Shown piece after piece: positions 8,830-16,895 of a stretch of 32,000 nt of DNA. Numbering within the stretch: the stretch's first letter is position 1; every line of letters begins with the position of its first letter. The DNA is from Telmatocola sphagniphila (GTDB taxonomy: Bacteria > Planctomycetota > Planctomycetia > Gemmatales > Gemmataceae): contig NZ_CP074694.1 of assembly GCF_018398935.1 (NCBI RefSeq), forward strand, positions 5,910,001 through 5,942,000, read 5' to 3'. Both the position numbers and the translations under genes were made by a program. The notes beneath the pieces were generated by a model that was not told the DNA's origin, made no database searches, and was given only the letters and a program-made list of their open reading frames with translations.

Positions 8830-10701
8830 TTAAGGTTGGTAGAAACTCGTGCTTTCTTCCTTCACGACCGGTTGTTTAATCTGGTCGCAGGACACGAGTG
8901 CTTTGAATCGCTGATCCCCCGGTTTGCCACCGGTCACTTTAACGCGGATTACCTGTTCTCCCTTCATCCCCAATTTTGACAGAGGATCGAAGTTCAACGT
9001 GGTACCCTGCAGCTTGTAAGGAACCGGGGAGGTTACTCCCGTAACCGTCAACCCATCGGAGAGAATCGCCTGTAACCGGATATTGGTGCAGGCGCAAGTT
9101 CCCTTGTTTACCAATTTCACTTCGTAAACCGTCTCTTTCCCCAATTCCACCGGGTCCGCCGAGCCGTTGACCTCGAATTGCAGGGCCGGAACCCCTTCGA
9201 CGGCGACAATTCCTTCCACCCGGCTCTCGATCTTCGAGCCCGCTTGAGCAATCGCTCGGACGGCCAGATTTCCTGCCGCATTCGCCCGGGCCTTGATGCT
9301 GATCACTTTTTTGCCACCCGCGGGCTGGGAAGGCAGGCTCCAGGTGACCGTCTTGTTCACCGGATCGTAGACACCGCTGTCCGAAGCCGAGATGAACTCG
9401 AGACCTTCCGGAAATGCCGCGGCCATCTGCACCGGGGGTGTCGGCGAACTGCCATTGGAATGCAATTCCAGTTTGAAAACTGGTTCCGCCCGCACCATGC
9501 AGCGCTGCGGATGGTTCAATTTCAGTTGAATGTTCGGCTGCAGGATCTGCACGTTAACCGTGCTGACCATTTTCTCCGCACCGAAAGTGCTGGCGACGAT
9601 ATTGCAAGTCTGCTGACCAGCCTGGATCGCCTGCGTTCGCAATTTTACGCTCTTGGTTTCGCCCGGTTGTAACGTGGCGAATTCCGCTTGCACCTTGGTC
9701 AGCGAAGTCTGCTGAAGCTGCGGATGCGACAGTCCCTTGCTGGGTTCCGCTTCGAGAAGCAATTTTTGGGCCGCACCATTACCGGTATTGGTCACTTTGA
9801 TGTCGAAAACAACCTCGTCGCCGAGACTGACCGCTTCCGCTGCCACGACGTCCAATTGCAGCTTCGGTCGGGAAATCTGAACCTGCATAGAAGTTTGAGA
9901 GGAGAAGGTCACAGTCGGTTTCGAGTGAAACTCGGCTTCCGTGCCAGGCTTCACCGAAACGCGAATCCGCTTCTCGCCGTTGGCTTCCAGACTTCCCAGA
10001 GACCATTGCAGGCGATCTCCCAGCACTTCGGCGGGCGGATCGCTGCTCAAGTATTTCGCACTGCTAGGAATCTCATCGTCGACGCGAATCTGCTGGACGA
10101 AAGTCGGTCCGACGTTTCGAATCACCAGCTCGTAAGTCAGGTTCTGACCCAGAGCCACCATTCCCGGAGCAATCGCTTCGATGGAAACTGCGGGAACCGA
10201 TTTGACGGCCGCTGCAGCGCCGCCGGTTTTTTTGTTATCTTCAAGCGAATGTTTCTTCGGCTCGGCCGCGGGCTCCATTTTGGGAAGATCCAGCGGCTTC
10301 GGAGCCTCGATTTTCTTGGGTTCCGGAATGGCCGGTTCGGTTTTCTTCTCCGGTGTCGCGGTTTTGGCCGGTTCTTTCAGATCCTTGAGATCTTTGATTT
10401 CTTTTAGTTGCTCTTTCACCGGTGGTAAGGCCGGGAGGTCCATCTTGGGAATATCGAGCGCGGGCATTTCCAGTTTGGCGGGAATTTCAGGCAATTTCGC
10501 GGCAGGCTCCGATTTGACAGGAGCTTCCGCAGCGGGTGGCATGGTTAAATCGGGAGCCTTCAACGGTGGCAGAACCGGATCCTTCGGTGAATCGCCAGGC
10601 AAGGTGAGCTTGGGCAATTCCGGTGACTGGCCGAAAGAAGTGCCGAGAACGACGCCCCCTGCAATAGTGGCTACTAATAAGCCCGCGTAGACTTTTCGCA
10701 C
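8830..10701 (-). CDS. secreted DUF11 ('conserved repeat domain') protein with N-terminal Pro/Lys/Glu-rich spacer
   Basis: At least three to four Ig-like repeats have the DUF11 signature (LTYELVIRNVGPTFVQQIRVDDEIP; VVFDIKVTNTGNGAAQKLLLEAEP; TVYEVKLVNKGTCACTNIRLQAILSDGLTV). The signal-like VRKVYAGLLVATIAGGVVLG follows a GTG (10699-10701) preceded by GAGGGGGGAAG. The ORF-track ATG at 10875 would add 58 unusual Arg/Gly-rich residues. Confidence 0.8.
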   Translation of the reverse strand: MRKVYAGLLVATIAGGVVLGTSFGQSPELPKLTLPGDSPKDPVLPPLKAPDLTMPPAAEAPVKSEPAAKLPEIPAKLEMPALDIPKMDLPALPPVKEQLKEIKDLKDLKEPAKTATPEKKTEPAIPEPKKIEAPKPLDLPKMEPAAEPKKHSLEDNKKTGGAAAAVKSVPAVSIEAIAPGMVALGQNLTYELVIRNVGPTFVQQIRVDDEIPSSAKYLSSDPPAEVLGDRLQWSLGSLEANGEKRIRVSVKPGTEAEFHSKPTVTFSSQTSMQVQISRPKLQLDVVAAEAVSLGDEVVFDIKVTNTGNGAAQKLLLEAEPSKGLSHPQLQQTSLTKVQAEFATLQPGETKSVKLRTQAIQAGQQTCNIVASTFGAEKMVSTVNVQILQPNIQLKLNHPQRCMVRAEPVFKLELHSNGSSPTPPVQMAAAFPEGLEFISASDSGVYDPVNKTVTWSLPSQPAGGKKVISIKARANAAGNLAVRAIAQAGSKIESRVEGIVAVEGVPALQFEVNGSADPVELGKETVYEVKLVNKGTCACTNIRLQAILSDGLTVTGVTSPVPYKLQGTTLNFDPLSKLGMKGEQVIRVKVTGGKPGDQRFKALVSCDQIKQPVVKEESTSFYQP

Positions 10702-10878
10702 GGCTTCCCCCCTCAGTTCGCAATGTCGCAGGCCCCGGCCTGCGAGTCTTCCAAATGGCTTCAGGGGTGGGGCGACGTTATCCCCCCGGAAGTCCTCTGA
10801 TCTTGCGATCAGAAAACCGCCGCCCCAACCCCTTACAACCTGCCTGCCTTCGCATCGAATTCGGTATATCCCCACCGC

Positions 10879-11214
10879 TTAGGCGGGTGGAGGATATTTG
10901 ACTTCGTTCTTGATCATCTTCTGTCGCAGTGCTTCGCTCAGGTCAATCCCCGTGTGATTGCTCAAATGCATCAGGAGTGTGGTCACATCCGCCAGCTCGT
11001 CCGCGATCGCTTCCCGTTGAACGGGATCGTTGACGATCTCCCGCGATTCCTCGCAGGTCAGCCAGCGAAACGGTTCCAGCAACTCGCCGACTTCAGAAGC
11101 CAGGGCCATCGCCAGATTTTTGGGCGAATGGTATGGTTCCCACTTTCGGACGGCTGCAAATTGCCGGACTACCGCCTTCAAATCGTCGATGGTGGTCGTT
11201 GCATCCGGCATCAC
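10879..11214 (-). CDS. MazG-like nucleotide pyrophosphohydrolase (small all-alpha NTP-PPase, DCTPP1/YpjD-like)
   Basis: 111-aa ORF with RKWEPYHSPKNLAMALASEVGELLEPFRW and ..EAIADELADVTTLLMHL.. (the EExxE/D metal-binding helices of the MazG domain). Confidence 0.82.
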   Translation of the reverse strand: MMPDATTTIDDLKAVVRQFAAVRKWEPYHSPKNLAMALASEVGELLEPFRWLTCEESREIVNDPVQREAIADELADVTTLLMHLSNHTGIDLSEALRQKMIKNEVKYPPPA

Positions 11215-11381
11215 AAGTTCGCTTCAGAGGACCGGCGGGAATCGATCAGCTGCCCCCCACAGGCCCTGATGGTTTCACGCAAGTGAGGCGGAAATACCAC
11301 AATCGTTAGTCCTGTCAAGCACTAAAATAGTCTGAGTAATATTGGGAAGATTGAAAAAATTTCCTTAAAGTTGAAGGCGAA

Positions 11382-12740
11382 ATGCAACCACAAATAGTCT
11401 TGAATGCCGTGGGTTTGACCGCCCGTTTGCTGCCGATGGCACCCCGCTTTCAAAAGCTCGCACAAGAGACCGGCCTGATCCGAATGAAGGACGTTCTCCC
11501 GTCGGTAACTTGCACTGCTCAGGCCACACTTCTTACGGGACTTTCGCCGCAGGAGCACGGCATCGTCGGTAATGGTTGGCTGTTTCGCGACACGAATGAA
11601 GTGCGTTTCTGGCAACAGTCCAACAAGTTGATTCAAGGGGAACCGCTGTATGTCACTTTGAAGAAAACCTATCCCAATTTTCGATCTGCCAAGTTGTTCT
11701 GGTGGTTCAACCAGGGGGCGACCGTCGACTATTCGGTAACGCCGAAGCCTCACTACGGTATCGACGGCGGTAAGGTCTTCGGCATCACGGGAAACCCGGC
11801 CGGACTGAGCGAAGCGATGGAAAAAGATCTGGGCCCTTTTCCCTTTCACACTTTCTGGGGGCCCAAGGCCGGATTGCCCTGCACGGAGTGGATTGCCCGC
11901 TGCGGCGCGTGGACCGTTCAGAAACATAAGCCTGATCTGACACTGATCTATCTGCCGCATCTTGATTACGATCCGCAGCGCTTTGGCCCCTCCGGCTGCA
12001 ACCTGGCTCAGTGCGTTAAAGAATTGGACGATGCCTGCGCACCAATTTTCGATGAAGCCAAAAAGCTCGGCGCCCGAATTCTCGTCGTGAGCGAATATGG
12101 CCACTGCGACGTGAATCAGCCGATTCTGATTAATCAGTGGCTGCGAAAAGAAGGCTATCTCCAGGTGCGTAACGGCCCCTACGGCGAACAACTCGATACG
12201 TTTGGTAGCCGGGCGTTCGCTGTTTGCGATCATCAGCTGGCTCATGTTTACGTGAACGATTTGGCTTTGATTCCTAAACTCACGGAACAGCTTCAACAGC
12301 TGCCCGGGGTAGAACAGGTCTACTCTGGCGAAGAGCGTGAACATATTCAGTTGAATCATCCCCGCTCTGGGGAGATCGTGCTGATTTCCCGGCCCAAGGC
12401 CTGGTTTGCTTATCCCTTCTGGCTGGAAGATAAGAACGCCCCGGATTATGCCCGCTGCGTGGCCATCCATCACAAGCCGGGATACGACCCGGCGGAACTC
12501 TTCCTAGACCCGGCCATTCGCTTCCCTATCGCGAAAATCGGTGCCAAGCTGATTCGCAAGAAGTTGGGATTCCGAATGAAAATGGATGTGGTTCCGCTCG
12601 ATCCGAACATTGTAAAAGGCAGTCATGGTCGGATCGCGGATCATCCTGACGACGGCCCGCTACTGATTGGCTGTGGACATTCGGAAGAAGTGCTGCCGAT
12701 GACCAGCTTCAAGCAAAAGTTTCTGGAGGGTGTCTCTTAA
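11382..12740 (+). CDS. type I phosphodiesterase/nucleotide pyrophosphatase family protein (alkaline phosphatase superfamily)
   Basis: 452-aa ORF. LPSVTCTAQATLLTGLSPQEHGIVGNGW matches the nucleophile-Thr region of the NPP/PF01663 family. Later HLDYD.. and GSHG motifs are consistent with the metal ligands. Confidence 0.8.
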   Translation: MQPQIVLNAVGLTARLLPMAPRFQKLAQETGLIRMKDVLPSVTCTAQATLLTGLSPQEHGIVGNGWLFRDTNEVRFWQQSNKLIQGEPLYVTLKKTYPNFRSAKLFWWFNQGATVDYSVTPKPHYGIDGGKVFGITGNPAGLSEAMEKDLGPFPFHTFWGPKAGLPCTEWIARCGAWTVQKHKPDLTLIYLPHLDYDPQRFGPSGCNLAQCVKELDDACAPIFDEAKKLGARILVVSEYGHCDVNQPILINQWLRKEGYLQVRNGPYGEQLDTFGSRAFAVCDHQLAHVYVNDLALIPKLTEQLQQLPGVEQVYSGEEREHIQLNHPRSGEIVLISRPKAWFAYPFWLEDKNAPDYARCVAIHHKPGYDPAELFLDPAIRFPIAKIGAKLIRKKLGFRMKMDVVPLDPNIVKGSHGRIADHPDDGPLLIGCGHSEEVLPMTSFKQKFLEGVS

Positions 12741-12911
12741 GCGAAAGGGGATAAGCTTGCACAAATATTCAGAATATCGTTTGAGCGATCGTTCGATCGT
12801 TCGATGTATACACCTATTCTCAGAACTACTCCCTTGCCAGAAACAGCTTCCCCTTTATATTATCTTTTACCGATTTTAGAGAGCTATTGGCCTTCGATTG
12901 GAAGATCAGTC

Positions 12912-13172
12912 ATGGGAATGGAATGTGCAGTGACCGGCAAAAAGCCGGCCTTTGGCAATCAGAAGACCTATCGCGGTAAGGCGAAGTACCTGGGTGGCGT
13001 TGGTCGAAAGATCACCGGAACCAGCGGCCGCAAGTTCAAGCCGAACCTGCAGAAGGTCAAGGTTGTCATTAACGGCAAGGTGAAGACCGTTCGCGTGGCC
13101 GTCAGCGCCCTGCGGAGCGGATTGGTTCACAAGCCGATCAAGCGTAAGTTGTTCTCTACGCCACAACTCTAA
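12912..13172 (+). CDS. rpmB: 50S ribosomal protein L28
   Basis: MGMECAVTGKKPAFGNQKTYRGKAKYLGGVGRKITGTSGRKFKPNLQKVKV.. has the L28 pattern (xCxVTGKxPxxGNxxS/T....R.FxPNLQ). The ORF-track start at 12804 adds a non-homologous leader. The ATG at 12912 is preceded by GGAAGA. Confidence 0.9.
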   Translation: MGMECAVTGKKPAFGNQKTYRGKAKYLGGVGRKITGTSGRKFKPNLQKVKVVINGKVKTVRVAVSALRSGLVHKPIKRKLFSTPQL

Positions 13173-13235
13173 TTGGCTGGGACCCGGTCGGTAAAAAGCC
13201 GATGGGGTTCGCCAAGTCTCAGGAGCTCGAGCCGA

Positions 13236-13538
13236 ATGGACCTAAACGAAGTCCGCAAGGTCGCCAGGCTTGCGCGCCTGGAACTTTCGGATGCCGATCT
13301 GAACCGGATGGCCCAGCAACTCTCCAATATCCTGGCCTACGTCGATCAACTCAAAGAACTGAATACCGACGGCATCGAGCCGCTGGCACATCCCTTACCC
13401 GTGCAAAACGTGTTTCGTGAAGATGTTCCCGGGGAGAGCCTGCCCGTCGATCTTGCTCTGGCTAATGCCCCCAATCGCGTGGGGAATTTCTTCGGCGTGC
13501 CCAGTGTTCTCGATCCCGCCGATGAACCTTCTCACTAA
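13236..13538 (+). CDS. gatC: Asp/Glu-tRNA amidotransferase subunit C
   Basis: MDLNEVRKVARLARLELSDADLNRMAQQLSNILAYVDQLKELNTDGIEP..H is the canonical GatC sequence pattern. The upstream extension to 13173 in the ORF track is unlikely to be real. Confidence 0.9.
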   Translation: MDLNEVRKVARLARLELSDADLNRMAQQLSNILAYVDQLKELNTDGIEPLAHPLPVQNVFREDVPGESLPVDLALANAPNRVGNFFGVPSVLDPADEPSH

Positions 13539-13642
13539 TTTTTTCGTCGGTTAGCTTTCAGCATCCTGCTAACCTGGAAAACTCAAATACTTAATATCGG
13601 TCTGCTGAGCTGAAGGCGGGCCGCTGAAAGCTGATCGCTTCC

Positions 13643-15103
13643 ATGAGCTTGATCGAAAAGACAGCCGTTGAACTCCTTCAGATGCAAAGCCGGGGTGAAA
13701 CCACCTCCGAAGCGATCACCACGGCCTTTCTGAATACCATTCAGCAAGTCGATTCGAAAATCAAAGCTTTCATGACGGTTGAGGCCGACAAGGCCCTCGA
13801 ACAAGCCCGGGCGGTCGACGCTAAGCGGAAGAGCGGCGCTCCTCTGGGAGCTTTCGCCGGTGTGCCGATCGCCATCAAAGACGTGCTTTGTACCAAAGGC
13901 ACCCGCACCTCCTGCTCCAGCAAGATTCTGGAAAACTTTGTGCCGCCGTACGACGCCACTGTCGTTACTCGGCTACGCGAAGCCGACGCCGTGATCATTG
14001 GTAAGACCAACATGGACGAATTCGCCATGGGGTCTTCCACCGAGAACAGCGCCTACTTTACAACGCGTAACCCCTGGGATCTGGATCGCATACCCGGCGG
14101 CTCCTCCGGTGGTTCCGCCGCTTGCGTGGCGGCCTGCGAAGTTCCTGTCTCGCTCGGAACCGATACCGGTGGCTCGATCCGGCAACCGGCGGCCCTGTGC
14201 GGCATTGTCGGCATCAAACCGACCTATGGACGGGTGAGTCGTTACGGATTGATCGCGTTCGCCAGTTCGCTCGATCAGGTCGGGCCGTTCACTCATGACC
14301 TGATGGATAATGCTCTACTGATGGAAATTATTTCCGGGCGCGATCCCAAAGATTCCACCAGCATCGACACCCCCGTTCCCAAATACACGCAATCGCTCAA
14401 CACCCCGATCAAGGATCTGACTATCGGCGTTCCGAAGGAATTCTTCGGGGAAGGGCTCGATAGCGAAGTGGAAGCGAGCGTCAAAGCCGCGCTTAAGGAA
14501 TACGAAAAGCAGGGGGCCAAGCTGAAGGAAGTGAGCCTGCCGCACAGCAAATACGCGGTGGCCGTGTACTATCTGGTGGCCACGGCGGAAGCCTCATCTA
14601 ACCTGGCTCGTTTTGAAGGAATGCATTACGGCTATCGCACGCCGACCAAGGGTGATCTGGTCAGCACTTACTCGAAGACTCGAGGCGAGGGATTCGGCAA
14701 GGAAGTGCAACGTCGGATCATGCTGGGAACCTATGCCCTCTCGGCGGAAGCCCGTTCCGATTACTACTTGAAAGCTTTAAAGGTTCGCCGGCTTATCAAG
14801 AACGATTTCGATGTGGCCTTCAAGGAATGCGATGTCGTGATTGGTCCGACTTCGCCCTGTGCCGCGTTCAAGATGGGGGAAAAGACTGAGAACCCGCTGG
14901 CGATGTATCTGAACGATATTTACACGATCAGTTGCAACTTGGCCGGGATAGCCGGGATCAGCATTCCCTGCGGCTTTACCAAAAACAAGCTGCCGATTGG
15001 TTTGCAGATTCTGGCCGGTCCATTCGAAGAAGAGAAGATGTTCCGCGTTGCCCGCATGTATGAAGCCGCCACCGATTGGCACTTGAAGCGGGCGAAGGTG
15101 TAA
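13643..15103 (+). CDS. gatA: Asp/Glu-tRNA amidotransferase subunit A (amidase signature family)
   Basis: 486-aa ORF with the amidase signature GGSSGGSAAxVA, the catalytic context PIAIKDV..TxxSS and TDTGGSIRQPAA. Its length and position after gatC are typical. Confidence 0.95.
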   Translation: MSLIEKTAVELLQMQSRGETTSEAITTAFLNTIQQVDSKIKAFMTVEADKALEQARAVDAKRKSGAPLGAFAGVPIAIKDVLCTKGTRTSCSSKILENFVPPYDATVVTRLREADAVIIGKTNMDEFAMGSSTENSAYFTTRNPWDLDRIPGGSSGGSAACVAACEVPVSLGTDTGGSIRQPAALCGIVGIKPTYGRVSRYGLIAFASSLDQVGPFTHDLMDNALLMEIISGRDPKDSTSIDTPVPKYTQSLNTPIKDLTIGVPKEFFGEGLDSEVEASVKAALKEYEKQGAKLKEVSLPHSKYAVAVYYLVATAEASSNLARFEGMHYGYRTPTKGDLVSTYSKTRGEGFGKEVQRRIMLGTYALSAEARSDYYLKALKVRRLIKNDFDVAFKECDVVIGPTSPCAAFKMGEKTENPLAMYLNDIYTISCNLAGIAGISIPCGFTKNKLPIGLQILAGPFEEEKMFRVARMYEAATDWHLKRAKV

Positions 15104-15125
15104 GTTCCGAATTACCGGCGCCAAG

Positions 15126-15683
15126 CTAGAGTAATCGTTCTTTTTTCGCCATGATGAACCCCCCGGCGGCAGTGGCAAATGCCGGGATCAGATTCAAAAA
15201 CGCCCCATACGACAGAGACATTTTTGAGCCGCCCGACCCCAGTATATCCATGAGTCCTCCACCTGCCGAAGGCGGAGAGAAGAGAATCCAAATGGCAGTG
15301 AACGCCGTTAAGACACCGTTTAAAAGTGCGATCCAGACCCAGCCGAGCGTATAACTTTTTCGGGGCGAGTGAAAATAGAACGCAAAAAAGATCGACATGA
15401 CATAGGCCAACACGCAACCAATCCCCCGCGGGTCCTCTATCACTTTAACCTTCGAAGCTTGATTTGTACCCAGCGATCCGAGCATCCCGGTCAGATCCAG
15501 GTTAATATCTGGCATGTTGAGGTTCATCGAAGACAAATTGCCCCCGGTGGATCCGTTCGGTTTAGCCATCGGCAGAAAGCCGATAAGTACACCGATCAAC
15601 CCGCCGAACAGGAGCAGCTTGCCGCTGTTGCCGAGTCGGGCCATCAGAGGTCGATCGTCGATGGGTGTCGTATTTTCAGTCAT
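15126..15683 (-). CDS. hypothetical integral membrane protein
   Basis: 185-aa ORF with about four hydrophobic segments (KLLLFGGLIGVLIGFL; IGCVLAYVMSIFFAFYF; LGWVWIALLNGVLTAFTAIWILF; AFLNLIPAFATAAGGFIMA). I recognise no family. It is convergent with gatA across a 22-bp gap. Confidence 0.65.
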   Translation of the reverse strand: MTENTTPIDDRPLMARLGNSGKLLLFGGLIGVLIGFLPMAKPNGSTGGNLSSMNLNMPDINLDLTGMLGSLGTNQASKVKVIEDPRGIGCVLAYVMSIFFAFYFHSPRKSYTLGWVWIALLNGVLTAFTAIWILFSPPSAGGGLMDILGSGGSKMSLSYGAFLNLIPAFATAAGGFIMAKKERLL

Positions 15684-15950
15684 GGAACGATCAGACTTTC
15701 AATTATTGTTGAGGTCTTCTTTGAATGCGATTCTAAACAAAATTGCAGAAAAAGTCGCACAAAATCAAAAGTTCATTTTTTGTCTCGACACAAACGGACC
15801 GAAGCTGTCGGGGGTTAGAAGTCGGATTCGGAAGTCTCGCTTGACTCAGAACTTATCATTCAGAGGGGAGAGAGGTTTTTTTTAAATTGCCTACAGGTGA
15901 TTGCGCTCTAATCAAACAGTAGTCAAATTCCTTACATTGGAGTCGACATC

Positions 15951-16877
15951 ATGCGAGCGCGATGGTTGGGTGCTTTCACATTGCTGAGCCTGTTCAGTGC
16001 AGGTTTGCTCTTTGGCTGGGCCGAGCGTCATTCCGTAGCCCAGGATAAAAATGGACCGAATGAAAAAGAAGTTCGGCAGGCCGTCGTCGACCTCGTCAAC
16101 GCTTTCAACGAAGGCGATGCCAAGAAGGTCGCTGCGTCGTTTGCTGTGAATGCCGAGTATATCGACGACGACACGACCCGGATCGAAGGGCGTGCAGAGA
16201 TCGAGAAGATGTACAAAAAGTTCTTCGACGAAAATAAAGGCGCGAAAGTTCAAATAACTCTTCAAGGCGTGCGCAAGATCACCGATACTGTAGCGCTCGA
16301 AGATGGCGAGGCAGTAGTCACGGTGGTCGACAAAGCCACACAGTCTACTCAAGGGTTCGCGTTAGTGATGTCCAAATTCGATGGCAAATGGTTGATTGCC
16401 AGCTTCCGCGAATTTCCTCAGACCCAGAATCCCGTACCGCCCTCGGAGCGATTAGCCAGCCTGGACTGGTTACTGGGAGACTGGATCGATGAGGGAGCCG
16501 ATTCCGTGGTTACCTTCAGCACCAAATGGTCCAAGGATAAGAACTATCTGCTTCGCGATTATACTGTGAAGTACAAGGGCAAGGAATCTCTGACCGGCTG
16601 GCAGCGCATAGGTGTCGATCCCCTGACGGGTCAAATCAAAGGATGGAGCTTTGATTCCGACAGCGGCAACGGCGAGACTATCTGGACCAAACATGGCGAC
16701 GAATGGATCGTTAAAGCCACCGGCGTGACCTCCGACGGAGATTATGCCTCGGCGACTCACTTGATCAAAATCATCAATAAAGATCGCGTCCAATGGAAAG
16801 TGATGCATCGGATTGTGGGTGATCAACTGGAGCCCGATAGCGAAATGTATCTGGTTCGCAAACCGGCAATCAAATAA
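15951..16877 (+). CDS. secreted two-domain protein: NTF2-like (SnoaL/DUF4440, SgcJ/EcaC-type) N-domain plus uncharacterised beta-rich C-domain
   Basis: The signal peptide is MRARWLGAFTLLSLFSAGLLFGWA. VRQAVVDLVNAFNEGDAKKVAASFAVNAEYIDDD..IEGRAEIEKMYKKFF..GKWLIASFREF fits the NTF2-like pattern. The C-half is LDWLLGDWIDEG..GWQRIGVDPLTGQIKGWSFDSDSG... Confidence 0.75.
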   Translation: MRARWLGAFTLLSLFSAGLLFGWAERHSVAQDKNGPNEKEVRQAVVDLVNAFNEGDAKKVAASFAVNAEYIDDDTTRIEGRAEIEKMYKKFFDENKGAKVQITLQGVRKITDTVALEDGEAVVTVVDKATQSTQGFALVMSKFDGKWLIASFREFPQTQNPVPPSERLASLDWLLGDWIDEGADSVVTFSTKWSKDKNYLLRDYTVKYKGKESLTGWQRIGVDPLTGQIKGWSFDSDSGNGETIWTKHGDEWIVKATGVTSDGDYASATHLIKIINKDRVQWKVMHRIVGDQLEPDSEMYLVRKPAIK

Positions 16878-16895
16878 CCCCACGGAACAATCACG

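Noticed and set aside
11322-12473. 383-aa ORF antisense to the NPP-family gene. Similar long antisense or out-of-frame ORFs occur at 24442-25473 (+), 28858-29847 (-), 29953-30843 (-), 17304-18119 (-), 19070-19852 (-), 9688-10407 (+), 3429-4091 (-) and 188-658 (+).
   Set aside because: Each overlaps a gene with clear family motifs on the other strand or frame (NPP, mscL, trxB, lctP and others). Their translations are Arg/Gly/Pro/His-rich with no recognisable motifs. This is the usual shadow-ORF artefact of GC-biased codon usage.
12787-12805. Direct repeat GATCGTTC x2.4 (containing CGATCG palindromes) upstream of rpmB.
   Set aside because: It is very short at 19 bp and could arise by chance or local slippage. 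It has no associated structure or ORF. I note it only as a possible minor element of the rpmB leader.
12804-12911. Upstream extensions of ORF-track models: rpmB from 12804, gatC from 13173, GNAT from 8705, ThuA-like from 19007, protease from TTG 5499.
   Set aside because: The extended N-termini do not match the conserved family N-termini (L28 and GatC begin at the internal Met) or they precede a clear signal peptide. Internal ATG/GTG starts with purine-rich RBS-like sequences fit better. The GNAT and DUF11 starts remain uncertain.
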